A stretch of DNA of 64,000 bases, taken from assembly GCA_964016885.1 (NCBI GenBank), contig OZ024743.1, positions 121,148,001-121,212,000 of the forward strand, in the 5' to 3' direction. Below the pieces are notes generated by a model, which searched no databases, was not told where the DNA came from, and was given only the letters and a program-made list of their open reading frames with translations. Made by a program: the position numbers and the translations under genes. This DNA comes from Eledone cirrhosa (taxonomy: Eukaryota). Positions 25,534-39,947 of this stretch are shown one piece after another. Within the stretch, counting starts at the first letter, position 1. Each line of letters begins with the position of its first letter.

Positions 25534-27095
25534 GCTTTCTTTATTAACCACAAGGGTTTACATAAAGTAGACATTAAGGACAGTACAGGACAATACAGGA
25601 CGGTACAAATGGGCATTTCTGCGTGTAAAAAACAAAATCAGAGGATGTAATAAAAAATAACAATGAAACATTCCCCAATAGGGGGGAGACTTCCGAGGGA
25701 CATTTGTGGAGAAAGCCCATTAAAATGCCACAGTGACCCTGACCACCAGGGCAAGTGCCCTCTCACTGTTTTCCACCTTTAATTTACAGACACATACTCA
25801 GAGTAGACCCATTCACTCGGGCCATTCTTGCTTCTCTCACCCATCTTTCAACAAAATGCTGGAAAGAGAGCACTTCCCTCTCTACCCTGATTTTCCTTTT
25901 CAAATGAAATTTGAAAAAGTTAATCAGGGCATCACCGAAGAGGTAAGTGCTCGTCTTCAGCCCTTTCAAACGTGTCCACCATACTATCTCTTTCGCCATG
26001 GCCACCAGACAGATAAAAACTTCCTGCGCTTCCCGGCTAAAGGAAGAGGGCGGGGCAATCCTCACGATAGACTCAGCTGATAGTCGGATCCGTTCTACAC
26101 GCGACAGCAGGTGTTCGTCATAAACCCACAAGTCAGCAATGCTCGGACACTGGACGAGTGCATGCAGGACGGTGTCGTCGCCCTCCTCGCATCTCGAACA
26201 TGCCCGGCTGACGGCACCTCCATGCCTGTAGAGTTTAACCCGAACTGGCAAAGCTCCTTGGTAGCACTGCCAGGCCAGGGATTTCTGGAAGTTGTCCATA
26301 GGCCCCGGCCCGAAAGTTCTTCCAAAGATATTGGCTAGTTGATTTTCGTCGATGCCTAGAGTTTCCCCAACTACGTCGTCGCTCTTCCCTTCCACTAATT
26401 CTCTATAGAACGCCAAGGTGGAGTTTCCGCCGATCACATTGCCCGTTTGGTCGAGGGCTGTTAGCGCCTGAAGAAATTCCAGTCTCCAAGCGCTCCCTCT
26501 CGGTCTTCGCTTGACCCAGGACTGCAGCTCCGTCAAGGAGATGAGCTGGGGAAAGACGTGTCTAGCAAACGGCGACCACACCTGATCACCGTCGAGGAAA
26601 AGGTGGAAATGTCGTAGCCTGAGTGCGTGTCTGCGTCACGGCATGCCCACCCCTCCATTTAGCGGGTGTTGACAGCAGATGGACCGCGTGACCATCGGAG
26701 CGCGTCCCTTCCACAAAAAGCGAAAGTGCAAACGCTCCAGCGCAGTCAGGCGAGGCTTAGGACAAGGCACGACGGTCAGGCGGTAGTAGATGACGGACGC
26801 GATGTACGCGTTAGTCACCTCCGCTCGACTTTTCAGGGATAGCTTCCTCTCCGCCTATTTCTGGGTGAGAGAAGCCACCCTGCTCGTCACCTCGTGCCAG
26901 TTTTTGTCCGTCTGGAGATCCGGACCGAACCAGACCCCTAACGATTTAACTGGTCCGTCCGTCCAGCGCCCGACGACACCGTTGGACGGCATGGACCTGC
27001 CTCTCCAGGTGCCGAGCTGCAGGCCCACCGACCTTTCCTGGTTGATCATTGCTCCTGTCACCGCTTCGTATTCTCTTAGTGTAGTACCGATCGCC
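25534..27095 (-). mobile_element. L1/Tx1-like LINE 3' portion (RT C-terminus plus Zn-binding domain), (ATT)n tail
   Basis: VKSLGVWFG, FLWKGR..P..GGVGMP and CSRCEEGDDTVLHALVQC (zf-RVT); AATAAA directly before the tail. Confidence 0.85.
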
Positions 27096-27997
27096 TGATG
27101 TGTTTGGCTAATAATAATGTTTTCTGTTTCATCTAAATAATATTGTATTAGATTTTGAATTCCTTTGGGTTTTCTAGCAGATTTGTTAAACAAATGTATT
27201 GAGATGCCTTGGACATCACCTGACATTAAAAAGAAAGTAAACAGAGTTCATAAGTGATGGGAAAATGTAATTGAAGTTGGTTCCACAATGCAAATAACTG
27301 TGAAAATCTTTTGCCGTCGATAAATAAGTGTATATGATGTCACGGGTTGGAGGCAACGCATATTAAATAAGCGCTGGAGTTGTTGGTACAACAGAGTGGT
27401 TTGTCTATAATATAATAGACTAGTCGCGTAATAAACACAGCAGAATTTATATGTTTGCGTTGTGTAGCTACGTGTAGTGGCTTTGCTGAATATTCATTAA
27501 AGATGATCTTACGGCCTGTTTGCCATCAGTAAACTCAAAGACAAGATCAAGTTTAGCAGTAAGCAATCAAAGAAATTCTCTTGTATCCTTATACCAGATT
27601 TAAATTCAGGTAAGGGAAGATTTCTATCATAATAAGATCTCTATATTTGTGTATGTTTATAAATATGCGTGCTTCAGGCACACCATATCTGTGTGTTCCC
27701 ATGTATGAGACCAGAAATTACGACTTCGAAGTTAATATAATTAAAGTGTTTGCATATCTAAATTATTTAGATTATGCTTTACACTGGTCTCATAAAGAAA
27801 GTGTTCACTACTTAGATATTGAATTTAGGTACCAGTGAGATGAAATTACAACAACAACAAGATTTACCCAGACAATATTCATAACATTTTACACCTGCTT
27901 GTCAGAAATGATTTGCTTATCATTCATAATACAAGCATTCTTTATTTCGTCAATTGCATAACATTTTAAAAATCCATTATTTTCATTTATGGAATTA

Positions 27998-27999
<2 letters not shown>

Positions 28000-28041
<42 letters not shown>

Positions 28042-28230
28042 ATCTAACTATCTCTCTATCTTTATCTCTCTCTCTCTCTATCTTTATCTCTGTATCTATC
28101 TTTATCTCTCTATCTATTTATCTCTCTATCTCCTTCTCTCTCTCTCTATCCTTCTCTATATCTATTTATATCTCTATCTCCCTCTCTCTTTCTCTATCTC
28201 CTTCTCTCTCTCTCTCTCTTTCTCTCTCTC
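28000..28230. repeat. Degenerate (CT)n/(CTAT)n microsatellite
   Basis: Direct inspection. Confidence 0.9.
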
Positions 28231-28693
28231 CAATGTTCCTTCTCACTCTTTTTCTGTTTGGCATCCTTCTTACTACTTACTTTCTCTTCCTTATTGATAA
28301 GATGTAAGGTCGCTGTATGAAAACTTCAAATGCGGTATGTATTGAAACGTCTCGCCCAAACTATTGATAAATTATTCAAATTACTAAATTTAATAAGTGG
28401 CGTGCTTTGAGTAATGTAGATCCTTCGCATAATCAAAGGCCGTAGATCCATGAAGCTGGTTACTTAGAGATATTTTCTGCATATACATACACACACAAAC
28501 ACGCACGAGCGCGATTATATATATATATGTGTGTGTGTGTAGAGCTTGTATATATATATATATATATATATATGCTTGCCTACGTGCCTACTGATTGTAT
28601 ATATATATATATGCTTGCCTGCGTGCCTACTGATTATCAACTCGTATTGAGCTTAAATCTCACTCTGCTAAACGTATAGTTGTTTTATCAACT

Positions 28694-28768
<75 letters not shown>

Positions 28769-28774
28769 TATATA

Positions 28775-28812
28775 TACTTATAGAAGTACCCGGCGTCGCC
28801 CGCGTTAAAGAA
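28775..28812 (+). mobile_element. Possible Helitron-like terminal fragment
   Basis: TAGAAGTACCCGGCGTCGCCCGCG resembles the recalled terminus of non-autonomous Helitron/Helentron elements; no matching second end found. Confidence 0.3.
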
Positions 28813-28904
28813 AATAATGATGAAATTTCATTCAAAACTTGATATATTCTACGAATATATTTATTGTGATTAGTGATTCTAACATTTCCGGGATAACACA
28901 TTTT

Positions 28905-29290
28905 GTGTGATCATGATCATCATAATCATCGTTGTTTCATGCGCTTTCCACGCTTGCATCAGTTGGATGGCTCCTTTCCAGTACAGCATCTTTCCACTCG
29001 TCGTGTTCCTTCGTAATTTCTTCCGTGAATCTCTCAGCAATTTAAGATCAGCTCTCACCACCTCTGTCTAGATCTTTCTCGGTCTACCTCTACTGTAGCT
29101 TCATTCCACTGGTATTTCCTGGCACTTTTTCACCCATCGATCATCATCCATGCGCCACATTTCTCTGTATCAACGCAGTCTTCTCTCCTGCACACCGCTC
29201 TCCCTCAGCCCATTCACGCTCTGCCTTTCTTTCACATTTACATTTCACATGCAATGTAGCTGGATGCTCAATCCATCTTTTGCTTTCAGA
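28905..29290 (-). mobile_element. RTE LINE 3' fragment
   Basis: GRPRK..MVRADLK remnant; 3' end CCATCCAACTGATGCAAGCGTGGAAA plus a (TGA)n-like tail; related end at ~43490. Confidence 0.65.
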
Positions 29291-29375
29291 GCTATATACG
29301 AAGATGTGGCATAAACACACCTTCAGACACACCCACACACACGGGAAAGATACGAAGAATATATATATATATATA

Positions 29376-29571
29376 TCGAAGGGAGTGTGGTAAGGAACTA
29401 GGTGGACCATAACGCACCAGAGTACTTGATACTTTGGGTAGTAGAGTGTGTAATAGGAAAATAGTCAGAACACCGACGGCAAAGCTCAAGCCGTTTCAAC
29501 AACTATTTCAGGACTCTACAAATAGCTGTCGAAACGGCTTGAGCTCTACCGTCGGGGGTTCTGACTATTTT

Positions 29572-29575
<4 letters not shown>
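29376..29575 (-). mobile_element. Palindromic short element, copy 4 (long hairpin)
   Basis: ~55 bp arms, AGGAAAATAGTCAGAAC...GTTCTGACTATTTTCCT, plus conserved tail; (TA)n flanks. Confidence 0.85.
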
Positions 29576-29631
<56 letters not shown>

Positions 29632-30393
29632 GAAAATTAAGGACATTTAAATAAATCTAAGGTAAAAGACGAATTGTCAACAATATCTTTTGCAATTGCA
29701 TTCTTTTTTCTATGTCCATACCTGCATTGTTTTGGCTTTATTATACATATTCAAACGTTTATATATATATATATATAATCTCCAGAGTCTAGCTATTGGC
29801 CAGTTAATTTTATTGACTGGTTTTGCTCTATTCTATTGACTGCCGAATAGCTTTGTTATATTTAACCACTCTGTCGAGAGCTTCATTCGATTTGTGATAT
29901 TTTGCATTTTCGCAATATTATACACAGATGAATTCATTCGCTTAATTTAGGTGTTGCCTCCCTTGCTGAACCCCACGTGGGGTCAGTTACAGACACATCT
30001 ATGTGGTGTTTAGGCCTGAATCCCGTTGATAACGCGCACTCCTAGTTCAGTCAGGATACGAGAAACTTAACATCCTTTATGTAAGTGGACAGTAAATGAC
30101 TTATGGAGCCGCAGAAACCCCAACACTGGACTTTACCATCATTCCAGGGGTCCGGTGAGTATAAAACATTTATGCTTTCATATATTTTTATATCTGTATA
30201 TCTGTTTGACCCGAAATAGGAGATCGAATCTTCGCTGTGTGGATAATTAGTTTAACCACCATCTCAGTGTGTTTGGCCTTTAACGTAAGTTGTAAGCTCT
30301 AATTCTTTTGAATTATTGAGCGCTTGCCTCACAATTCGAAAGTGTTTTTTCATTATTTCATAGGCTGAAATTCGATTCTCGCTAATTTTTACT

Positions 30394-30484
<91 letters not shown>

Positions 30485-30888
30485 TTATATATATATATAT
30501 ATATATATACATGGGCTAAACATGAAGTATATATGACCACAGGGAAAAGATATAAAGTATGTATGACCACATGTTCTGCAGCCGTTGGAGAAGAGGACGG
30601 TTAATATGCTGATTAAACGCAGGAAGTAGGGAAGGATGTTTGAACGCGTTGATAGGACGTTTTAATGCGCAACTCACTTTCTTCGCTTTCTTTATATGTT
30701 TCTTTCTCTCCATGACAACCACCGTTAGTGTTCCAAACTCACTCAAACAAACATGTAAACGAATGAATATAAGTCCAGGTTAGAGTGGATTCTATTCGCT
30801 AGTCTACGAAACTCACATGGCAAGTTTAAAGATGATTGATCCATTAGCTTTTAAGTGCACTGGAGAAAAAAACAGACAAACGAAAAAT

Positions 30889-30925
<37 letters not shown>

Positions 30926-30996
30926 GGATGTATTTACAAATATATATATACATGAAAGACATCTCGATTGCATGGAGAACCGTGGAAATAATTCTA

Positions 30997-31178
30997 ATTG
31001 TTTCTAGTTTAGTCATAAGGCCAGCAATTAACCAATACATTACTGGTACTTTATTTTATCGACCCCGTAAGGATGAAAGGCAAAGTTAATCTCGGCGGGA
31101 TTTGAACTCAGACTGTAAAGGGACGTAACTATGGTAGAAAGCATGGCGTCCAACCCTCTACCGATACTGCCAATTCAC
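30997..31178 (-). mobile_element. tRNA-derived SINE (OR-like)
   Basis: Same family as 21189-21369. Confidence 0.85.
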
Positions 31179-31226
31179 ATAATTATAATGATTAAATAAT
31201 ATATGTCAACTCAGAATCTTATTTTG

Positions 31227-31261
<35 letters not shown>

Positions 31262-31346
31262 TAAAATTAAAATAACAGATTAAAGTTTAAGCAAAGAATC
31301 ACTTGGATTTTAGTCTTCAAATTTATTATTATTACTATATATATAT

Positions 31347-31385
<39 letters not shown>

Positions 31386-32329
31386 TATATATACAATTTT
31401 TATGTCTCAATTCTCAATGATCAGGCACTAATTACAATCAAACAATTGATAGTTTTCCACTTCTATAAATACAAACTTTAAATACCCATGAGACATAGTA
31501 CTGATTGACTAGGGGTTGTTATTGTTGTTAACATATCTTTATAAGAGAAGGTTGTGCTGGAAAATATGGGTATAACTAATGACTGTTGTTATTTCTACAA
31601 AACTAACGGAGGAAATTCAATTATTGTCAAATCAAACGTACAGTTCTTTTGTCTGGAACAGTTATGCTTCGCGTGCAATATAAGCATAACTGATTGGAAT
31701 TGTGATGGCAATTGTGTTGAAACTAATGATTATAACTATAAACACATCGACTATTAGTAAATAGGTCTAAGAAATAGATTTTTCTTTTCTATAAAATATG
31801 TCACGCTTCTTTTCCTACAAATCTACAATACCTGAAAATGCTTATAAAACCAACGATTGATTCACTAGTGATATATTTTAATAACAATATTATAGTAAAT
31901 ATTTTGAAAATCTTGTGAGTCAATTCAGTAATGAGATTATTCAGTTTCCTCATTATTTACAGCACAGTAGTTGATTAGATATTAATGATAAATCACATCG
32001 TTTAAATGGCTTATAGTATTCAATATGATACATTGTTTTTAATTCAAATGTTATTACATTCGACTTTATCTTTCATCACATTTCGTCACAGTTCGCTTTC
32101 ATTTTACTAATATTTCTGGAAATTACAGATATTTTCAATAATCCCAAGTATGGAAGTTTTTATTATAATACAGTACTCTACCATTGTAGCTAACGGGAAT
32201 CTTTAAACAGTCGAGTAGAAGCAGTATCAACTCCTAAGGGAACAATTTTAACGTAATTTGAAATTTCTGTTAACCAAATTTGATCGGTGATTCGTAATAT
32301 AGTATATTCTGTAGATTGGATGTTATAAT

Positions 32330-33110
32330 AAGACTAACAAAGCCGAATTTCGTGAATTTTGATCAGATCGTATGACATATACGCTAGAGGATAGAGAATA
32401 TTAATGTTTGGAGATTGACCCTTCGCCTGGCGATTGTACGCTTGAGAAAACTTGTGGTTTTCTGCATATATAATAATTATACATTGAGGCTTATGAACGG
32501 AGGTATGATCATAAAACGATACAATACTGCTATACTTTCGCCCCAGAGAACAGAAATGTTTCAGTTGTAGAAACACTTTTCTCTTCACACCATCAAATTT
32601 ACCAGGAATCGTCAATTTTAATGTACAATTTCTGTTGATGTAGACTAGCACTATTTTCCTTGAACTCTGAAGTCCCCTATCTTATCTGATTAACTAGGAG
32701 AATTTTTGATTGGTAAATTAGAGGAGATATAGTTAGTTTCCTAATTTTCATACACTTGGTGAATAGGGCACGATATATTGTGTGGTAGCAGTGAGTCCAA
32801 AGAACAATCAGTATTTTTTAAAGAGATGAGTGGCAACAATGATATACTGTTGATTTATTCACTTTATTCAATATAAGTATATTGTTCTGACTGTTTTAGG
32901 TACTAAATCGTGTGTGCAGGTTTGATGACTTAAATGTTGAATCTCATTTACTATTGATGTATAATAGCTAAATTGTGATTTCCTCGCTCTCTCCATACTT
33001 ATCGACCTTGTCTGTTGTACTTGAGACAATGGAACGTAGGTTGATTGTAGGGTAAACATTTATTGTGAAAACTGGAGCGTTCTGTACCATTCAATAATTT
33101 CATCCCAGGA
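32330..33110 (-). pseudogene. Decayed cadherin-repeat relic
   Basis: QNAPVFTINVY (NxPxF..Y), KSQFSYY, and DHTSVHKPQCIIIIYAEN..PNINILYPL. Confidence 0.4.
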
Positions 33111-33151
33111 TAAAATCACTGGAGACTATAAAGCAGCGAAACTATCTTTTC

Positions 33152-33217
<66 letters not shown>

Positions 33218-34039
33218 CATCAATCGATCCATCCATTACTCCATCTATCCATCCATACCCCGATCCATTCATCCATCCATCAATCCATTCATACATACAT
33301 ACATGCATACATACATGCATACATACATACATACATACATACATACATACATACATACATACATACATACATACATACATACATACATACAAAGTGAATG
33401 GGAGTACGAGAGATAGAAAGAGAGGTTAGAGAAATTGAAAACATTTCAGACGTTAATTACAATGCTGCTTGTCTTTTCACATATGTCACCAGATTGATTT
33501 GTTGAATCGGGAATTTACATCAAGTCATTGCCTCTTCGTATTTTTTCCTCTGAAAGTAACATCAATATAATACACTCTTAATACAATTAATATGTGAGAA
33601 ATCGAGTAGAAAAATTCAGCATGCAGTGAAATGGTTGACTTGTTCCGTTTAATGAAAAGAAAATACGAGAAAAAAAGAAAGCGCCTGCGGGTACCAAATA
33701 TAGCAAGACAAACTGAATCTTAATAACACTGGCGCTGGAATTCATTCAGCTAAGCATAAAATACGATCATCGCTAGCACGTTCCACGAGAACATAGTTTT
33801 TCATATCTATGTCTATTCTTTGATTTTTACAGACTTTTTTTTCCTATTACACTGTTTCCCCTTTTAATTTTGGTTTCTATTTATTTTCTTGCCAATTAAT
33901 TACTTCTCTCTAGTTTCGACATTCTGAGCAGTAACATTTTATTAGACATGTATTAAATCTCTTTCAGAAACTGTTTCTATAGAAGAAGTAACAGCGTATG
34001 CTAACTGTGTAACCACTAGGGAATAAGTTTGATAAGAGA

Positions 34040-34680
34040 TTGAAAAATTACTATGACTCTACAGTGGACTTATAGGATTCCTCATTGTTAACTATTGATT
34101 CAAAGTTATAATCCAGAAGTACAAAATTTACTAGTCAACATCATAATTGTATATCTTATACTACTATTAAATAATGCTTTAGAACTAGTCCCTGTCTTCA
34201 ATAAATTCTTCAATGTATCTTTCTCTATGCAACCTCGGAACAATGATCCCTTGTACAACAAAGAATACTGATTATCTCACTGTTAACTTATCAAAGATGA
34301 TAAACCAGTGCGGTTTCCGGACATTCAGATCTATTGAGAAGAATTGATTTCCTACGCTTCGTCACTACATCAGTTCGTCTTCCATGACAAAAGATAAATA
34401 CGAAAGTAACTGAGCATAAACATGAGGATGTTGATAACGAGCTGAGAGTATAAATGGCACAAAGTTGGATGTAGTTATTGTAGTTAAAAGTATCAGGTAT
34501 CTCGGAGGTTAAGTAAGCAGCTCTAATGTTGATGTAAAAATCAGGAAAGCTAAGAGATTGACAGTGTGCGCTAAACAGATATACTTGTTCCTGGACATTG
34601 TTGAATTGATGCTTTCGTATGGCAGCGAGACATGGAAACCCAAGAAACGAACAGAAAATAGTCTTCAACATAACTACATA
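34040..34680 (-). pseudogene. Decayed cadherin-repeat relic
   Basis: INIRAAYLTSEIPDTFNY; EDRD..NSSIRYTIM..SG.ITLNQ.L..YKSTVES read across frameshifts. Confidence 0.4.
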
Positions 34681-35099
34681 GGAAATTTACATGTGGCTTG
34701 TGATATGAAATGATAGCAGCACATAACAAATGAATGATTGTATGGAAACTTTCATACTTCCCTAAAGTAAGTGAGATCAGTATCCTTATAGGTGGATTCC
34801 ACTTATAAGGAAATTGTGCACGGCATCCAGCAAGAAACGGAGTTGAAAAGCAGGATACAGGCCTGGAATCTATGCAGGAACTGAAGTTGGCACTGATAAA
34901 CAAAGATGTGTGACAAAGTCACTTTCTTGCTTGGGTTCAAGCGTGAGAAATTGCAACTAACAAATCATTCTTTTCGTGTATATTTATATCTTTCTGGCGG
35001 TCATTCCTGACACATTAATAGAAACATCAGAAACGTCATTAAATAGAAATATGAAAGCTTAGTCTATTCACCGCACCCCATCATGCCTACATACACAAC

Positions 35100-35400
35100 A
35101 TGCAACCTAAATTCCTATATTTGCGAAAACAAAAACTAGAATTCACAAATAAGATTTCCAAACCTTCATTTCAAGCATTAGGCTTCCTCTTCAGATCCAG
35201 AAAATTCGTCAATTCTCCTCAAAATTCAATTGATATCCACAATAGCTATCTACTCAAATATGTCGGACAGTGTCGTTGCTTAACCTAGATCTAGATCTAG
35301 CAATCTATGCAATATTTGTTTTCTTTTTTTGGAAATTCCAGTTCATATCCTACTCACTAAAGAAATGCATGCAAGAAAACATGTTTCTTTCTCTTCAGTT
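35100..35400 (+). mobile_element. Degraded CR1/Jockey-group LINE fragment
   Basis: KISK..ALGFLFRSRKF resembles the post-RT region of CR1-group LINEs. Confidence 0.4.
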
Positions 35401-37330
35401 TATTAAATTATTTTTCATTCATAAACACCAAAGGTGTACTGAATAGTTGTGAATTGATTTTTAGAGCAGCTGGAAATGAACTTTTTAGTGTATATAATTA
35501 CTTTATCATTTGTCTGCTATATATTGTCAATAAAATTGCCAACTAGTAAAACGAAACTACAAGGCAGTTCGGATTTCTATCTTCTAGAATATAATCACCC
35601 AATAATATATTTTCAATCAGGAATCCTTGCATTTAATAACACTCAAATATATCAATACAGAATAAAACCAGACAATCTGACTTCCACATATAAATATATA
35701 TAAATGTGCATCATAAACATGTCTAATGAGTATGTTATCTAAAACAATTTCATTTATTATGTTAAATATAAATCACGTTTGAATATCAGCATAATGGAAA
35801 TCTAACGTACGCTCCAACACAATTTGTTGGCTCTGCAATACGAGCTATACATATCTTCTCAGATTGTAGTCACGCACAAATGTTTCTATTGCTGAGAGAG
35901 GATTGGCTCAGCCTAATATTCTATTTTAAACAAAACCCTCTGCAGCTGATTCATTATACAATATATTACTTCATGTAAAAGGTAACAGTAGCGAGTGACA
36001 GGTGCATAGAACACACATAAAGAGAAAGCATATGTTTTTAGAACACACATATGAGAAAGCATGTGTTCTACCAACATTCCCTTCTAAAATGTAGCCGAAC
36101 AGAAGCAATCTTTAATGTATAACTAAATCTCCTTAAACCAAATGTATAAATCCAAAATGCAAATTTGCAGACACAAAACCTTTGCTTTCCAAATTGGCGT
36201 TCATTAGTCAGTTTAAAATGTAAAAGTTTCTGCTTTATATTTTCTTGAATTTACATAAATATGTTGCTTAAAACTGCTCAGCTAGTTGTGTATGATCTAC
36301 ATGAAACAATTACTTTTCCCTGCGGCTACACTCACTGCCAATCAGGACTAAGACCATATTATATTTATTGTAAATCTACACAGAAGAATTGGCAATTTCT
36401 GTCTCGTGTCTAACGTCGTTTTATTGATCCAGACATCGCTACAAGATAAATTTTGTGTTAGATAGTAGACGAAATAGAAAGGGAAAGCTGAAAAAAATCA
36501 GATCCAAGATGATGGGAGATGTGTCTGTGAATATCATTAAATTTTGTAAAAAGAACTTAGTGAATGGAAGCACAAAGGTGTATATTATTGCAAGCTAGAT
36601 ATAACGATGTTTAGATAGACAGATAGATAGACAGATAGATAAATAGATGCATAGATAGATAGATAGATAGAGTGAGAGAGAGAGGGGGAGAGAGGGGTAG
36701 AGAGAGGGGATAGAAAGAGAGACATTAAACGGAAACATACGCGTTCAAGAATATAACTATTTGTACACGTTTATATATTTCTATGTATTTTAGACGTATA
36801 TTATATATCCCTTTCACACGCACTGCCCCACCCCCATCTCTCTCTCTCTCACTTGCTTTCTCTAACAGCAAGATCCCATGACTATATACATTTTATCAAA
36901 GGTGGGATATTTAGTGGCCGACCTGTTCTGTATAGCAGGTAGAGAATATATGATGTTGGTGACTGTCGTATCTCTCCTGGTTAAGTTTGTGCTGCTCCCT
37001 TTTGGTTGTTTTCTCCATCTCCAGTATTTTGAGAACACATATACACTTTGATGTGATATGAAAATGAATGTTAAGGGATAACAAAAGGGATAACAAAAGG
37101 GATGAATGTTAAGGGATAACAAAATATCGTTATAGGTAATCCAGTTAGAGGTTGTGAATACTTCGTATTCACATGATATCCCTGAAATATATATAACGAA
37201 ATAAATATGGTTTTATAAATATAGTTTCCATTTATTTAATATCATAAATATACTCCAAATACTTGTTGAGTGCTTTTATATCAGTTATAAATATTTACTC
37301 GTTGTTAACCCAACAATTTAAATATAACTT

Positions 37331-37365
<35 letters not shown>

Positions 37366-37400
37366 CAGTACAAAAAGAGGTTTTATATACAGTCTAACCA

Positions 37401-37445
<45 letters not shown>

Positions 37446-37740
37446 CCCAAGGCTCTGATACCATCAACACCATAAACACAGAGAGCTGGCATATCTAAAA
37501 ACGGACTAGCTGCTTGATGAGGTCATAGCCATTCAATGGTTATCATCGAAATATATATACCAGTAAATAAAGAATTATGAGTTCATGCAATTGACTTATG
37601 TTTCGTCACTATATATATAAATATTTAATAAATATTTGCTCTACGGTCCTTATATATTTGATATATATTTATCCTTATCGAGCCCTCTTTGGATTTTAGT
37701 CTTCAAATTTATTATTATTACTATATATATATATATATAT

Positions 37741-37830
37741 ATAGGAAAAGAGTCAGAACTCCGACGGCTAGAAGCCACCAGTCTGGTGGCTTAGTTAGGA
37801 TCTAGCTGTCGGAACGTCGGCAGCTCATCA
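37741..37830 (+). mobile_element. Divergent palindromic short element, copy 5
   Basis: TAGGAAAAGAGTCAGAACTCCGACGGCTAG start after (TA)n, with an internal hairpin AAGCCACCAG-T-CTGGTGGCTT. Confidence 0.55.
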
Positions 37831-38117
37831 AATAGGGATATGAAAACTTAGTCTATTGACCACACATCATGCCTACACACTCATAGCTACCTGAGTAGTG
37901 TGTGTGTGTGTGGGGGGGGGGGTAAACACAGTTGCAAATATTACTCTGTAGGTTGGTAGAGTATAGGCATCTTTCTTTTCATTCGTATGAAACCATCTGC
38001 AATTCCTGATTATTTATTACAAATAAAATAGTTTTAGTCATGTAGAAGTTATATATATATACATATATATATACACATATATATATATATATAAATATAT
38101 AGACATTTATATAGACA

Positions 38118-38167
<50 letters not shown>

Positions 38168-38189
38168 CATGTGTATATATATACATGTG

Positions 38190-38243
<54 letters not shown>

Positions 38244-38276
38244 CACATGTATATATATATATATATACACACACAC

Positions 38277-38355
<79 letters not shown>

Positions 38356-38999
38356 CATACATACATGCATATATATGCAAGTGAGTACAATCAACAGGAT
38401 TCCACTCTATCCGTCTACCACATTTCTTAATTGTGTTTTTTGTTGTTGTTGTTAAACGATTTCAGGTTTTATAAGCATTAGCGCATCAAACATTACATGA
38501 ACGAATACATCGGAATTTTTCTCACAATGCTAATTTGGTTCCCTTTATTTCATCGCTAGAATTCGCCTTCATGCACGTTAATACATGTCGTTATGGAAAC
38601 CATCATTATTAAAAGATATTGTTATTCAGAAATGTTCAGTCAGATCTAGTATAGGAGTGTATGACAGAAGTAAGTGATAATTGATGTAATGTTAGAATGT
38701 TTCACAATTGCCACAAATCGAATGCATTTTACTGGTGAGTGGTCTTCGCATTATGCTCACTGGTCCAGAATAACTACATGATACGTCCTTTCCGATGTTT
38801 TTGTGACTGCTCTTGTGCAGCTCTTTTAATCAAATAAAATGAAAGGCATCGCATTCTATGATTCTAAAACAATTTAAACAAAATCCTATTATATCTGGAA
38901 ATGAAAAATGTACACACACACTCATGCATACATATATGCAATTTAGGAAATATGCATACATGCATGCAACATATTTTTTAAGTTGAAAATAGATCGTAC

Positions 39000-39545
39000 T
39001 AGCAGAAAAAACTAGACTATAAATCTACATATTATGGACGCCAAATGCTGAAGAGACTGTTTACCAGAGATATCATATTAGTTTATCGTAGTTTCTCCAT
39101 AAAAATCTCTGTAAAACACATTTCATAAGAAGAATAGGTTGAAAGCTACTCGAAGTCAATATGGGGAAGTAATGATGAATTTAACAAGCAAGCTACTTGG
39201 TTAAAAGATCAAGAACGGGATTCCTGGAAACATTCATCAAAACCAAAATAAAATTAATTGTGCAATGCTGGGAACAGTTGTAAAAGGAAAAAACACATTA
39301 AAAAATCGCCAGTCTCAGATACTATAACAGGATATTGTTTCAGGAATCTCACCTTTTATCGTGTAAAAATCGTATCAGATAATCGTCAAATACGGAATTG
39401 TATGTAAAATGCCATTACTTTTTCCATTCTAAAATTAGCCAAACTATCCAAGCTAAACATTATCACCCATTAGCCTGTCAGAAAATTATCTATAAGTTGT
39501 ATACTGGATACCTTAAAATAAGCTGGAAAAGGTGGAGAAAATAAG
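39000..39545 (+). mobile_element. Highly degraded older R4-like LINE fragment
   Basis: Remnants of SIWG..QATWLK, KSP..DTITGY and YHPLACQ (RT N-terminal region). Confidence 0.45.
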
Positions 39546-39645
39546 AAAGTGTAAACTTTATCGAGCAGCTACTAATCAACAAAATCATACAAGAAAAAAG
39601 AGTAAAGATCCACAGGAACTGTAGGGGCACAGAACTACCAGAAAG

Positions 39646-39714
<69 letters not shown>

Positions 39715-39914
39715 TAAAACATGTCTATAGAATCACCAGATAAAATATATATCATTTCCTCTCCCAATTAGCATAATTAACCATATAAAAAATCGAATAG
39801 ACCAAGCTATCTGAATAAGGCTTCTATGAAGAAATCTCCAACAAATAACCGAAACCAGCCCTTCGCGCCGACTGTTGCAAAACACGTATATATATATATA
39901 TATATGTAAACCTT

Positions 39915-39947
<33 letters not shown>

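Noticed and set aside
13265-27095. Two L1 pieces as halves of one element split by the Dong array
   Set aside because: On the minus strand the 3' piece precedes the 5' piece, so they are two separate head-to-tail copies.
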